Part shown: one piece after another, positions 39,684 through 50,085 of the stretch
How positions within the stretch are numbered: position 1 is the first letter of the stretch
How the letters are laid out: each line of letters opens with the position of its first letter
Assembly: GCA_965238005.1 (NCBI GenBank)
Contig: OZ250165.1
Coordinates: 3,456,001-3,520,000 of the forward strand
Direction of reading: 5' to 3'
DNA length: 64,000 bases
Origin: Longimicrobiales bacterium
GTDB lineage: Bacteria; Gemmatimonadota; Gemmatimonadetes; Longimicrobiales; Gaopeijiaceae
Program-made: the position numbers and the translations under genes
Notes under the pieces: generated by a model
Seen by the model: the letters and a program-made list of their open reading frames with translations, nothing else
Told to the model about the DNA's origin: nothing
Database searches by the model: none

Positions 39684-40975
39684 GGCTCCTGAGCACCAAC
39701 GGACGAGCTCCCGCCACCGACCTGGGAACCGCGCTGCTGGAAGGACTCGCGCCCGACGGCGGCCTTTACCTGCCCGAACGGTTCACACCCATAGCGGACG
39801 GGACGCTTAAGGGCCTGCGGGGCCGGTCCTTCTCGGAAGTAGCGAGGGAGGTGGCGCGCCACCTCATGGGGGCCGAAATCGCCCCGTCCGACGTGGACGC
39901 TCTGGTGGAGTCGGCGCTGGACTTCCCCGTGCCCCTCGTGGAGCTGGAGCCGGACGTCTACGTCCTCGAACTCTTCCACGGACCGACCTTGGCCTTCAAG
40001 GACGTGGGAGCTCGCTTCATGGCGAGACTCCTAAGGCATGTCCGAGAGGAAGGCGAAGAGGCGCTCACGGTCCTGGTGGCCACGTCCGGCGACACAGGCA
40101 GCGCGGTGGCCCACGCGTTCCTCGACGCGGCAGGCGTCCGGACCGTCGTCCTCTTTCCTAGCGGAAAGGTCAGCGCGCTACAGGAGCGGCAGTTCACAAC
40201 CCTGGGCGGCAACGTCCGCGCCCTTGAAGTCGACGGCACCTTCGACGATTGCCAGCGGCTGGTGAAAGACGCATTCGCGGACGAGGAGCTCAGGGCTCAG
40301 GTTCGCCTCACCTCGGCCAACTCCATCAATGTCGGCCGTCTTCTTCCGCAGATCTTCTACTACGTCCACGCGTGGGCCCAACTCCCGAAGGGGCTTCCTC
40401 CCGTCTTCTCCGTCCCGTCCGGCAACTTCGGGAACCTCACGGGCGGGCTCATCGCGAAGAGGCTGGGGCTCCCGACCCGCGGGTTCGTGGCGGCCACGAA
40501 CGTGAACGACACGGTGCCCGAATACCTATGTACCGGGGTGGTAAGGCCCCGGGCCTCCGTACAGACGATATCGAACGCCATGGACGTAGGAGACCCGAGC
40601 AACCTGGCTCGCATCCTTGCGCTCTACGACGACGACCTGAGCCGCCTCAGCGCCCACGTGGTGGGAAGCGTTCACGACGATCACGAGACCCGGCGGGCGA
40701 TCCGTGAGGTCTTCGAGGTGACGGGCTACGTGCTGGATCCCCACTCGGCCGTGGGCTACCTGGGTCTGGAGGCGGGCCGGGTGGCCTTCGGAGACGGGCC
40801 CTCAGTGTCTCTGGCCACGGCCCACCCGGCGAAATTTCGGGAAGCGGTAGAAGCAGAGATCGGAGCACCCGTACCCGTGCCCGACCGGCTATCCGCCTGC
40901 TTGAAGGCGGAGCGTCACGTCACTCCGATGGGGGCACGACTCGCGGAGCTTCGGGAGCTGCTGCTGGAGGGATGA
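39680..40975 (+). CDS. thrC: Threonine synthase
   Basis: GLAPDGGLY, ELFHGPTLAFKD, ATSGDTG, SANSIN, PSGNFGN and TAHPAKF. Confidence 0.96.
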   Translation: MRLLSTNGRAPATDLGTALLEGLAPDGGLYLPERFTPIADGTLKGLRGRSFSEVAREVARHLMGAEIAPSDVDALVESALDFPVPLVELEPDVYVLELFHGPTLAFKDVGARFMARLLRHVREEGEEALTVLVATSGDTGSAVAHAFLDAAGVRTVVLFPSGKVSALQERQFTTLGGNVRALEVDGTFDDCQRLVKDAFADEELRAQVRLTSANSINVGRLLPQIFYYVHAWAQLPKGLPPVFSVPSGNFGNLTGGLIAKRLGLPTRGFVAATNVNDTVPEYLCTGVVRPRASVQTISNAMDVGDPSNLARILALYDDDLSRLSAHVVGSVHDDHETRRAIREVFEVTGYVLDPHSAVGYLGLEAGRVAFGDGPSVSLATAHPAKFREAVEAEIGAPVPVPDRLSACLKAERHVTPMGARLAELRELLLEG

Positions 40976-40980
40976 GCTGC

Positions 40981-41469
40981 TTATCGTCCCGTCGGTGCAT
41001 CAGGCCACAGCGGGAGAGCCCTCATGGTATTCCGATCCGGGGTGAGCTCCGCGGTCCCAGGCGGATATCCGTTGAGTTCGAGAATGTAGGCGACGATGTC
41101 GGTGTAGGTCTGAGCGGGCAGGCCTCCCGGATTATCGTCGGGCATGCTGTACGCGATGTTCCCGTACAGGTCCCGGACCGTCCGACCGCGCCACTGGCGC
41201 TCGAAGGCAGAGCCACGGAACTCGCTGGATGCGTGGCACGAGAGGCAGGTCTCTCTGAAGAAGCCCTCGCCTCGGGCCGCCTGATCGGCGGAGTAGTACC
41301 CGGGGAGGGCCGGGGGGGCTGCATCCGCTTCGGGGCTCATGTCCGCAGTGGTGGACGTCAATGGTCCGGGAGCGCTGGTGACGGTCCCCTCCGGGGTCGT
41401 GCCACAGCCGGAGAGTGCGAGCGCCGCCAGCATCGCCCAGGGCTCTATCAACCCCTTCAATCCCTTCAT
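40981..41469 (-). CDS. Monoheme cytochrome c lipoprotein
   Basis: LALSGC lipobox; YSADQAARG, CLSCH and SMPDDNPG. Confidence 0.85.
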   Translation of the reverse strand: MKGLKGLIEPWAMLAALALSGCGTTPEGTVTSAPGPLTSTTADMSPEADAAPPALPGYYSADQAARGEGFFRETCLSCHASSEFRGSAFERQWRGRTVRDLYGNIAYSMPDDNPGGLPAQTYTDIVAYILELNGYPPGTAELTPDRNTMRALPLWPDAPTGR

Positions 41470-41613
41470 GAACGTCCTTTTCAACGAGTCCCCAGACGTC
41501 ATGCCTACCACGGGTGGGGGCAAGGGTCCCTAGCTGACACACACGACAGCGTCAACGTTGAGGATCGACACCAACTGCCCGAGCACCGATGCCCACCGCT
41601 GAGGAAGACGGCA

Positions 41614-42069
41614 CTAAAGATCCGGCGGCACGCACCAGGTCAACTCCCATCTCCCTTCGCCACCCTCGAGGCAAACGATGCCGGCGTTGGTGAAGCGGAC
41701 GGGAGTCGCCTCAGGCGAGCCGGTCAGCAGAAATGCGGCTAGGCGGGCGAGGAACGGCAGGTGCCCCACGAGCATGACGGTGTCGTCCTCGCCGCCCAGC
41801 GCTTCGGCCACAGGCCGGACGTCGTCCAGGGGGGCCAATCCCGGCGCCACCTTCACCCCGAGCGCGGGCTGAAGGTGGTCGCCCAGGATCTCGGCCGTCT
41901 CGGCGGCTCTCCGCTTGCCACTGTGGCGGATCTCGTCGACTCCGAGACCCCGCTCCGCGGCCCAGGCTCCCATGCGGGAAACGGTGTCGGCCCCGTCGGG
42001 GCGGAGGGGTCTGTCGGGATCCTCGTCCTTCGACATGGCCACGCCGTGTTGAACGAGAAGAAGCCTCAT
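41614..42069 (-). CDS. sixA: Phosphohistidine phosphatase SixA
   Basis: LVQHG, RPL, HSGKRRA.ETA and LVGHLP. Confidence 0.9.
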   Translation of the reverse strand: MRLLLVQHGVAMSKDEDPDRPLRPDGADTVSRMGAWAAERGLGVDEIRHSGKRRAAETAEILGDHLQPALGVKVAPGLAPLDDVRPVAEALGGEDDTVMLVGHLPFLARLAAFLLTGSPEATPVRFTNAGIVCLEGGEGRWELTWCVPPDL

Positions 42070-42483
42070 TCAGCCTTGCACGGGGGCGTCGAGGTTCCAG
42101 CAATCCGTGGCCAGACGCCAGCGGCCCCCCTCCTTGCGGTAGGTGGCCAACCACTTGCCCACCATCCGGGCCTCACCCTCATCCGTCTCCACAGTCATGT
42201 CGAACGCGTCTCGTAGCTCCGCATGGTCGGCGCGCCCGTCGGCGCCGTCGATGCTGGTTCTGAACCGGGTCATGGTCGGAAACGCCTCAAGAAAGTGGGC
42301 CACCGCCGTTTTGCCTATGACCGTCGGCTCGTCTGGAGGCAAGAAGACGACGTCATCCGTCAGCCGCTCCACCAGCGCGTCCCAGTCCCGGTCGAGGCAA
42401 TGACTGACCCACTCGTCGATATACGCCTCGAGAGCGTCCCTGTCCCCAGACGACAAGCCGATGGGTTGAGGTTGCACACTCAT
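42070..42483 (-). CDS. SnoaL/NTF2-like (DUF4440) protein
   Basis: TDDVVFLPPD...GK, GKWLATYRKEGGRW...DCWN; AGGAGG RBS. Confidence 0.82.
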   Translation of the reverse strand: MSVQPQPIGLSSGDRDALEAYIDEWVSHCLDRDWDALVERLTDDVVFLPPDEPTVIGKTAVAHFLEAFPTMTRFRTSIDGADGRADHAELRDAFDMTVETDEGEARMVGKWLATYRKEGGRWRLATDCWNLDAPVQG

Positions 42484-42790
42484 GATGTCCTCCTGATCGT
42501 GGGTTCCACATGGATCAACCGTGCCGGCCGAAATCCCTCTGCACGGAGGGTACTGCGGGGGTAGAGCGAGAACGGACTCAACGTAGAGACCGGTCCAGGG
42601 CGGAGCAACGTTTGGCCTACTTTGGCCATCCAATAGTCGGACCTCGGAAATCCGCGTCGGCATTCGGTGTGGAGGTCCCGAAACCGAAGGGATTCCGTTA
42701 ACGTATCAACCGTAGGATTTGCTGCGAGGCTTCTGCACCGAAGAGGAGTGGAGAGGCCTCGTTTTTCAGTAACCATTAGACGGGGAAACT

Positions 42791-45157
42791 GTGAGGGTTC
42801 TAAACGTGATATGGACAGCGGTGGCCGTGAGCGTCTTGATGGCCACGCCTCTCGCCGGCCAGGGCTACGGACAGTCCGTAGCCGTTGGGGATGGTGAAGT
42901 GATCGTCGGGGAGTCGTTGAACAAGATGGCCCCCGGATACGTGTATGTGTACCGGAAGGACGTCGGTGGAGAATGGACCGAGGTCCAGCGCCTCGAGGCT
43001 TCCAACTCGGCCAACGGCGACCACTTCGGCCGCTCTCTCGCCCAGACCGGGAACCACCTCCTGGTGGGCTCGACGACCCTCGAGACGGTCTACGTCTTCG
43101 AGAACGACGCGAGCGGCGCCTGGCGGGAGACCCAGAAGTTGCAGGCAAGCGACGGCACCGACGGTGACTACATCGGACGGCTCGCCGCCGTGGGCGGTGA
43201 CAACGTCCTCATGGCCACCTGGGCCCATGCCGAAGGCCGAGGCGCGGTGTACGTCTTCCACCGCGACAACTCCACCGGTCGCTGGAGCGAATCCGCCAAG
43301 CTCATGGGGAGCGACATCGAGCCCAACGATTGGTTCGGGATGTCGCTGGCCATCGAAGGCGATGTGGCGCTGATCGGCTCACCCCGGAAGGACGGCAATA
43401 CCGGCGCCGTGTACGTCTTCCGCCTCGAAGAGACGGGCGCGTGGACGGAGCAGGCCAAGCTGACGGGGGCGGGCACCGCCCCAAACAGCCGCTTCGGCTC
43501 GTCGGTGGCCCTGAGGGCCGGTCGCGCGTTCATCGGCGCGGCCACCCATCAGCAGGGTGTGGGAACGGCCTTCGCGTACACCTTCGATGAGGACTCGGGT
43601 GAGTGGGAGCCGGGACCGACGCTGAAGCCGTTCGACGGCGGAACGCCGGGCACGCAGTTCGGGGCCTCCGTCTATTACGGCGAGGACGAGGTGTGGATCG
43701 GCGCCCCCGGAGCGTCCGGCTTCGAGGGTCGGATCTACGCCATGACCCAGGACGCCACCGGCGAGTGGACGAACGCCACGAAGATGTCAGCGGGCGAGCT
43801 CAACGGGGGCGATCAGTTCGGTGGCACGTTCGCCGTCAGCGGCGACGTTGCCGTGGTCGGCGTCGTCGGAGACGACTATGGCTTGGGCACGGCCACGATC
43901 TTCGAGCGGACCGATGACGGATGGTCCGAGGCCGCGAACGTTTTCAGCGAGCCCGTCGGCTTGGAGGCCGTCACGGGAGATCAGGTGGATTGCTCGGAAG
44001 GCACCGCAACCCTCTTCGACTGCAGCGACATCGACATGCTCTCCTTCGTCCCCGTCCAGGATTTGGGTGGGGGACGGGGCGTTCAGGTGAACGACCTCTG
44101 GGGCTGGACCGACCCGGAGTCGCGTCGGGAGTACGCCCTGGTCGGCCGCTACGACGGCACATCGTTCGTCGACGTGAGCGACCCCTCCAACCCCCGGTAC
44201 CTCGGGAATCTGCCTTTGACGGAAGGGGCCCAGGGCAACTCCTGGAGAGACATCAAGGTCTTCGACAATCACGCCTTCATCGTCGCCGACGGCGCCGGGC
44301 AGCACGGCATGCAGGTCTTCGACCTGACGAAGCTCAGGAACGTGAACGACCCGCCCGTGACGTTCGAGGAAGACGCCCATTACAGCCGCCTCGCGAGCGC
44401 CCACAACATCGTCATCAACGAGGACACCGGCTTCGCCTACGCGGTGGGAGTCAACTCGGGCGGCGAGACGTGTGGTGGTGGTCTCCACATGATCAACATC
44501 CAGGATCCGCTGACGCCTATCTTCGCGGGGTGCTTCCAGGATCTGTCGACGGGGAGACGGAGCACCGGGTACAGCCACGATGCGCAGTGCATCACCTACC
44601 AAGGGCCCGATGAGGAGCATCGGGGACAGGAGATCTGCCTCGGGGCCAACGAGACGGCGCTGAGCATCGCCGACGTGACGGACAAGGCAGCCCCGGTTGC
44701 ACTGTCCAAGGCCACCTACCCCAACGTCGGGTACACGCATCAGGGCTGGATCGATGAGGAGCACGAGTACTTCTACATGAACGACGAGCTCGACGAGATC
44801 GGCGGTGGCGTCGAGCAGACCAGAACTCTCGTGTGGGACATCAAGGATTTGGACGACCCGATCCTGGTCAAGGAATACTTCGCCGACAACACCTCGTCGG
44901 ACCACAACCTCTACATCCGCGGTGACCTCATGTATCAGTCCAACTACGTGAGCGGACTGCGGATCTTGGATATCTCGGATCGCGAGAACCCCGAGCTCGT
45001 GGGATTCTTCGACACGGTCCCGTGGTCGCCCGACGCCCCCGGATTCGACGGATCGTGGAGCAACTATCCGTACTTCGGGAGCGGTATCATCGTGGTGAAC
45101 AGTGGGACCGAGGGGATGTTCATCCTGCGCAAGCGGGAGCGGAACCTGATCCCATGA
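42791..45157 (+). CDS. Secreted choice-of-anchor B family protein with FG-GAP repeats
   Basis: Signal peptide; repeated FG.S.A..G...IGAP...G.VYVF; NDLWGWTDP, WRDIKV, AHNIVIN, YTHQGW, NDELDE, DHNLY and WSNYPY. Confidence 0.88.
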   Translation: MRVLNVIWTAVAVSVLMATPLAGQGYGQSVAVGDGEVIVGESLNKMAPGYVYVYRKDVGGEWTEVQRLEASNSANGDHFGRSLAQTGNHLLVGSTTLETVYVFENDASGAWRETQKLQASDGTDGDYIGRLAAVGGDNVLMATWAHAEGRGAVYVFHRDNSTGRWSESAKLMGSDIEPNDWFGMSLAIEGDVALIGSPRKDGNTGAVYVFRLEETGAWTEQAKLTGAGTAPNSRFGSSVALRAGRAFIGAATHQQGVGTAFAYTFDEDSGEWEPGPTLKPFDGGTPGTQFGASVYYGEDEVWIGAPGASGFEGRIYAMTQDATGEWTNATKMSAGELNGGDQFGGTFAVSGDVAVVGVVGDDYGLGTATIFERTDDGWSEAANVFSEPVGLEAVTGDQVDCSEGTATLFDCSDIDMLSFVPVQDLGGGRGVQVNDLWGWTDPESRREYALVGRYDGTSFVDVSDPSNPRYLGNLPLTEGAQGNSWRDIKVFDNHAFIVADGAGQHGMQVFDLTKLRNVNDPPVTFEEDAHYSRLASAHNIVINEDTGFAYAVGVNSGGETCGGGLHMINIQDPLTPIFAGCFQDLSTGRRSTGYSHDAQCITYQGPDEEHRGQEICLGANETALSIADVTDKAAPVALSKATYPNVGYTHQGWIDEEHEYFYMNDELDEIGGGVEQTRTLVWDIKDLDDPILVKEYFADNTSSDHNLYIRGDLMYQSNYVSGLRILDISDRENPELVGFFDTVPWSPDAPGFDGSWSNYPYFGSGIIVVNSGTEGMFILRKRERNLIP

Positions 45158-45222
45158 ACTACTCCATGTGAACGACTAAGCCGCGCTGCATGGATGCCTG
45201 TCCCTGCGAGGCTCTCCTCGGC

Positions 45223-45750
45223 TCACTTCGCATTGGCGAGAGCCTCGATGATCTCGTCGACGACGCCGTCCGCTTTTTCACGCATCTCGTCATCCGTGGC
45301 ATCTTGAATCGGGTGTGGAACTTGGATGTGTTTGGCTTCCGGCAAGCCGAGGGCCTCGGCCTGTACCGTGGCCGCGCCCGTGAACTCTGCCGAGGTCACG
45401 GCCACAGCCGGAACACCCTGAATCTCGAACCATACCGTGTCGTGCAAACTGCACGTTGTGCATGAGCCTCAGTCGGCGAGGGCTTCGATTACGAAGCCGC
45501 AGTCCTCTGCGATCCGGCGTCTCAGGTCTTCAGGCGCGGGCCGCGCGAACGTCCGTTTTCGGTAGCGCTTGAACTCCACTCCGGGTAACCGCTCGCGCAG
45601 GACTGCCTCCAACCGGTCGATGAACACGTCCCCCCGGGGCTTCGAGATGTCCAAAAGCGCCACGCGACCGCTGATGACGTCCGGGCGATGAGTCAGCTCG
45701 CGCCGGATCGGGGTTTGCTCGCTCGTGGGATCCAAAATCTGCGTCGTCAT
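45223..45750 (-). CDS. UGSC family selenoprotein (TGA read-through at codon 94)
   Basis: Two in-frame ORFs joined by TGA at 45469-45471: IEALAD-U-GSCTTCSLHD; SECIS-like hairpin follows. Confidence 0.88.
45438..45468 (-). promoter_or_regulatory. SECIS-like hairpin of the UGSC gene
   Basis: UGA-N13-CGUGC-AGUUU-GCACG. Confidence 0.75.
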
Positions 45751-45752
45751 TG

Positions 45753-47267
45753 TCAATCCCCGATCTTGCGACTCGTGGGCGTGGAGCCGAGTTCTCGCAC
45801 CCATCCCTCGAACACCACCGTGAACTTCCCCGCTTCGCCTCCGGCCACGACTACGTGGACGTACTCGGGCCCGGGGAACTTGGGCGTCGCGAGGTCCGGA
45901 TGTCCCAGCCCGGAGGAGGTGGCCGACTGTATCGCCTCGCGCAGGTCGTCCTTCGTCCATCCGTCGCGGTGGAGCGTGTCCACATGCTCCGGGCTCACCA
46001 CCACCAGCACGTCACCCCGCGCCTTGGCGCGGGGATCTTGGATCCCCTGCACGACCAGCGCGATGCTGGTTGCGAGGGACTCCGCCGTGCGGGACTTATG
46101 GTCGACCACCAGAGACGGCCCCCCGCTAAGCGCGTAGACGGTGACCACCGAATCATCGGGTAGGAACCCGCGCTCCACATGCAGGGGCGCCCACGGGCTC
46201 CGCTCCTCCCATTCGGCGAACGCGAGCGTGAACTTGGACGGCGACCCGAACGTCGAGCGTTCCGTGCCGCCGGGCTTGGCGCCACCGACGTTGCGCAGCA
46301 CGAGCCGAAGGGCCCGACCGATCGTCGCGTTGGCGCGTGTACCTTGCCCGAGACATCCGAGTCCCATGTTGATGCCCAAGCGGTGGCGGATCGGCCCGTT
46401 GACCACCACCACGGGCGTAGCACCCATGGTCGTCGCCATGACGCCGTGAATGTTGAACTCGTCCGTACACACCGCTTCGATCGAAGCGATCACCACAGGC
46501 ATGTACTCGGGTCGACAGCCGGCCATGACGGCGTTTATGGCGATCTTTTCGACCGTCAGAGGCGCCATGTTCGGGGGCACCGTGGCTACCACGTCCTGCG
46601 GGTGGCGCTGCGTCCCGGACAGCATGCGCAGGACCCGCTCCGGCGTCGGAGGAACCACCGGAAGTCCATCCGTCAGATCCTGATCGAACAGAAACTCCAT
46701 GACGTCGTCACCGTCCGCGATGTCGACTCGCCGGGCCTGGAGCGGACTTTCCGCCGCATCCGCGCTGAGACGCTCGTAAACACCCGGCTCCATCGAGCGC
46801 GACCCGCATCCCGGCCGGGATGCGGGATACGTGCCCCAGTCGAGCGTGAGTGGATCGCGATCACTCAGGGACGCGAGCCGGTCAACCAGACCCCGCCAGT
46901 CGTCCCGAACGAATCCCCACCACCGGCCGAGCTCGTCGCCACGACCATCGGCCAGGATCATCGTCGGTACGGTCTCGATTCCGTACCTCCAGGACACGCT
47001 CAGCGAAGAGTCGTCCACCACGGGCATCGAGGTCCCGTAGTCCTCGAGGAGCGAACGGCTTCCCTTCGGGTCCTGGCCCACGGCCCAGACGTCGATGGAG
47101 TCCCCGAAGGATTCGTGAATCCGCAAGAGTAACGGCATCGAGAGCTCACAGGTGGGACAATCACGTTTGACGAAGCACAAGATCGTGGGTCGCCCGGTAG
47201 GGAATGAACGCTCCGACCCCGAACCGTCGGAAAGCCGGAATTCAGGAAGATTCGTCCCTGTAGCCAT
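45753..47267 (-). CDS. Thioredoxin/TlpA-like domain fused to the large UGSC-partner domain
   Basis: CPTC...IETVPT; PGCGS; TDGLPVVPPT.ERV, KIAINAVMAGC, RANATIGRALRL and EWEERSPW; start uncertain. Confidence 0.82.
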   Translation of the reverse strand: MATGTNLPEFRLSDGSGSERSFPTGRPTILCFVKRDCPTCELSMPLLLRIHESFGDSIDVWAVGQDPKGSRSLLEDYGTSMPVVDDSSLSVSWRYGIETVPTMILADGRGDELGRWWGFVRDDWRGLVDRLASLSDRDPLTLDWGTYPASRPGCGSRSMEPGVYERLSADAAESPLQARRVDIADGDDVMEFLFDQDLTDGLPVVPPTPERVLRMLSGTQRHPQDVVATVPPNMAPLTVEKIAINAVMAGCRPEYMPVVIASIEAVCTDEFNIHGVMATTMGATPVVVVNGPIRHRLGINMGLGCLGQGTRANATIGRALRLVLRNVGGAKPGGTERSTFGSPSKFTLAFAEWEERSPWAPLHVERGFLPDDSVVTVYALSGGPSLVVDHKSRTAESLATSIALVVQGIQDPRAKARGDVLVVVSPEHVDTLHRDGWTKDDLREAIQSATSSGLGHPDLATPKFPGPEYVHVVVAGGEAGKFTVVFEGWVRELGSTPTSRKIGD

Positions 47268-47419
47268 GAAGTCATCTACCCTCGTTCCCAAAGTCATGTC
47301 AACCGCCGTGCTCCGCGAAAACCTCATCCGCCTTGCCGGGGTTGACGTTTCGGCCTCCGCCACCGGACCGTGGGATCATGATCTCATGGCTCCTTCTGGT
47401 CTTCCGTGCCTCACTGGCA

Positions 47420-47560
47420 CGGCTCGTTCTCGCACCTCCTTGGCGGCTGAGAACGCCGTTCTCCGTCACCAACCAGCAGCGCACATCGAGCGGTTCATGG
47501 GAAGCCTCCTGAGGGAGTGCCTGAACCACTTCATCTTCCTGTCGGAGGACCACCTTCGCC
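47420..47560 (+). mobile_element. Debris of an rve/integrase-core transposase
   Basis: SLAAENAVLRHQ joined to IERFMGSLLRECLNHFIFLSEDHLR. Confidence 0.65.
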
Positions 47561-47580
47561 CGGGAGTTCGAGCGGATGGC

Positions 47581-47712
47581 TCAAGGTTGAGGCTCCGGCT
47601 TGACGGGCGAGTGCTCAGGCTGGCCGAGCGCGCGGCGGCAGCGAGACAGTAGGCGGGGTCCTACCGGCGTTGGCGAGGAACCCGTAATGACGGATGCGCA
47701 CGAAGCAAGAGG
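47581..47712 (-). mobile_element. IS91-like transposase C-terminal fragment
   Basis: FVRIRHYGFLAN motif on the minus strand (47668-47706). Confidence 0.65.
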
Positions 47713-47816
47713 AGGTTCTTGGGGTGTCTCGGCTCGCTCAAGCAGGGTGCCGGACTCGAAAAGGGCTTTTGACCATCCTTCGCTCAGGAGGACGAGGCTC
47801 GGTAGAGTGGAAAGTG

Positions 47817-49112
47817 TCACGCACGATCTGCTTGGGTGGGCATCAGCCTGGCATCGCGCCTGCCTACCTGATGCGGGTCACGAGGATCCTTCTCCAACGA
47901 GGTGCGAAGAGCTGCTACCGCCGCAGACGCTGCGGCCGCGAGCACCAGGGGCTCGGAGGCCGTCACCCGGTCGAGAGCGGCGCTCAGATCGGCCACGAGG
48001 TCCTCCGCGGCCTCGATCCCCACGGAAAGTCGCACCAGGCTGTCCCCGACGCCGGCGACGGCCCTCGCCTCCTCGTCCATGGCGGCATGGGTCATGGTCG
48101 CCGGATGACAGACCAGGCTCTCGACGCCACCCAGCGACTCCGCCAGGGTGAACAGCTCCAGGCCGTCCAGGAAGGCCTTCACCTGCTCCCTTCCGCCCTC
48201 CAGCTCGAAGCTGACCATCCCGCCGAAGCCGGATTGCTGGGATGCCGCGATGCCGTGCCCCGGGTGGTCCTCGAGGCTGGGGTGATAGACGCGGCTCACG
48301 GCCGGATGCTCCTTCAAGGCACCCACGATGGCACGGCCGTTGGTCTCATGCAGCCGCATACGGGCGTGCAGGGTCCTGATTCCCCTCATGGTGAGAAACG
48401 AGTCGAAGGGCGAACCGGTCACGCCCAGGGCGTTGGCCCACCACGCCACCTCCTCGGCCAGGTCCGCCGTCCGGGCGATCACGGCGCCACCGACGACGTC
48501 CGAGTGCCCGTTCAGGTACTTGGTCGTCGAGTGGACGACCAGGTCGGCCCCCAGCTCGATGGGCCGCTGCAGCACCGGCGAGAGGAAGGTATTGTCGACC
48601 ACCACCAGGGCGTCCACGGTGCGGGCCCGCCGAACGATGTCCGCGATGTCGACCACTCGAAGCAAAGGATTGCTCGGCGTCTCCACCCAGATCATGCTCG
48701 GCTCGTCCGCGAAGGCCTCGTCCAGCCGGCTCGGGTCGGTCTGATCGATAAGCTCCAGCCGGAACTGGCCCTTCCGCGCCAAGCTCGTCAGGAGCCGGTG
48801 GGTCCCTCCGTAACAGTCGTGGGGCGCCAGGATGAGGTCGTCCGGTCCCAACAGCTGCAGGACCGTCGTCACCGCCGCCATGCCCGAGGCGGTCACCACG
48901 GCGCCGTGACCGCCCTCGAGATCGGCCAGCGCCTCTCCCAGGATGTCCCGCGTGGGATTCCCCGAGCGGGTGTAGTCGTACCGGCGCTGTTCTCCCAGTC
49001 CCACGAAGGAGAAGGTGGACGAGAGATGGATGGGCGGGATCACGGCTCCGTGTTCCCGGTCCACGGCCACTCCCGCACAAGCGGCACGGGTCTCGCTGCG
49101 GCGCTCAGGCAT
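47817..49112 (-). CDS. metB: Cystathionine gamma-synthase
   Basis: YDYTRSGNPTR, SGMAA, ETPSNP, DNTF, HSTTKYLNGHSD and AESLGGVESL. Confidence 0.93.
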   Translation of the reverse strand: MPERRSETRAACAGVAVDREHGAVIPPIHLSSTFSFVGLGEQRRYDYTRSGNPTRDILGEALADLEGGHGAVVTASGMAAVTTVLQLLGPDDLILAPHDCYGGTHRLLTSLARKGQFRLELIDQTDPSRLDEAFADEPSMIWVETPSNPLLRVVDIADIVRRARTVDALVVVDNTFLSPVLQRPIELGADLVVHSTTKYLNGHSDVVGGAVIARTADLAEEVAWWANALGVTGSPFDSFLTMRGIRTLHARMRLHETNGRAIVGALKEHPAVSRVYHPSLEDHPGHGIAASQQSGFGGMVSFELEGGREQVKAFLDGLELFTLAESLGGVESLVCHPATMTHAAMDEEARAVAGVGDSLVRLSVGIEAAEDLVADLSAALDRVTASEPLVLAAAASAAVAALRTSLEKDPRDPHQVGRRDARLMPTQADRA

Positions 49113-50085
49113 GATGAGCCTCCACGTCGAGGACGTTACGGACCAGACGGCTCACCACCTGGTGCTCCTTGAGGAATGCGTCGTGACCGAAGTGGGATGC
49201 GATCCTGATGGCCCGGCCCGAGCTCGGCAGTCTTCGCGCCAGCTCGGCCACCAGCCAGGGCGGTACGAGCGTGTCGGAGTCCACCGAAACGACGGTCGTG
49301 GCAACGGTGATGTCCTCAGGCTCCACCCGATGAAGGTCGAGTGACTGGGACAGGATCCCGAAGGCGTTCGCGTCGAAGCGACGGCTGAATCTCTCGCCCT
49401 GGACGTCGAGGTACTCCTCCACGGCGAATCGCGGGAGGCCATCCTCCCAGCTGGGTGAGGACACGAAGCGCTGCTCGAACTCCTCCGGAGTCCGATAGGT
49501 CGTCATGGCCAGGGCCCTGGCCAGAGCCAGTCCCTCCGTCTCCCGGCCCGCCTCCGCGGAGAGAGCGACGATACGGCGCTGGAGCACCCGGAGGCCCACG
49601 GCCATGGGATGCGAGCGGTGGGCCGCACAGAGCATCAGAAGTCGTTCGACCCGCTCCGGGTAGAGCACACCCAGGGCCAACCCCACCATTCCTCCGTACG
49701 ACGCGCCCACGAAGCCGTGGAGCTTCTCGATCTCCAGGTGGTCGAGCACGGCGGCCACGGCCCGGGCCTGATCCTCCGTGGTCACGACGGGGACGCCGGA
49801 CTCGATGGGAGAGGGGCCGCCGGAGTCCCCCGCACCGCCGAGCCAATCGATGCCCACGATGCGGTACCGCTCCGGATCCAGAGCGACGCCCGCACCTACC
49901 ACGCCCGGCCACCAGCCCTCGGTCCCGTCCGGCTTGCCGCAGACGAAACGATGGGCCGAGATGCCACCGAGCACGAAGACGGCAGCAGCCTCTTCCGGGC
50001 CGTACGAGGCGTAGGCCACCATGTCTCCCGCAGCGGAGCCGTGGAGGGCCACCGTCCCGAACGGCGGCGCCGCCACGACCCTCAT
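49105..50085 (-). CDS. metX: Homoserine O-acyltransferase (MetX family)
   Basis: GGISA, GWW, GASYGG, AMTTYR, LSQSLDLH and GHDAFLKE. Confidence 0.9.
   Translation of the reverse strand: MRVVAAPPFGTVALHGSAAGDMVAYASYGPEEAAAVFVLGGISAHRFVCGKPDGTEGWWPGVVGAGVALDPERYRIVGIDWLGGAGDSGGPSPIESGVPVVTTEDQARAVAAVLDHLEIEKLHGFVGASYGGMVGLALGVLYPERVERLLMLCAAHRSHPMAVGLRVLQRRIVALSAEAGRETEGLALARALAMTTYRTPEEFEQRFVSSPSWEDGLPRFAVEEYLDVQGERFSRRFDANAFGILSQSLDLHRVEPEDITVATTVVSVDSDTLVPPWLVAELARRLPSSGRAIRIASHFGHDAFLKEHQVVSRLVRNVLDVEAHHA

Noticed and set aside
46795..46815. Third selenocysteine at the PGCGS motif
   Set aside because: The codon is TGC (Cys) and the frame is open.
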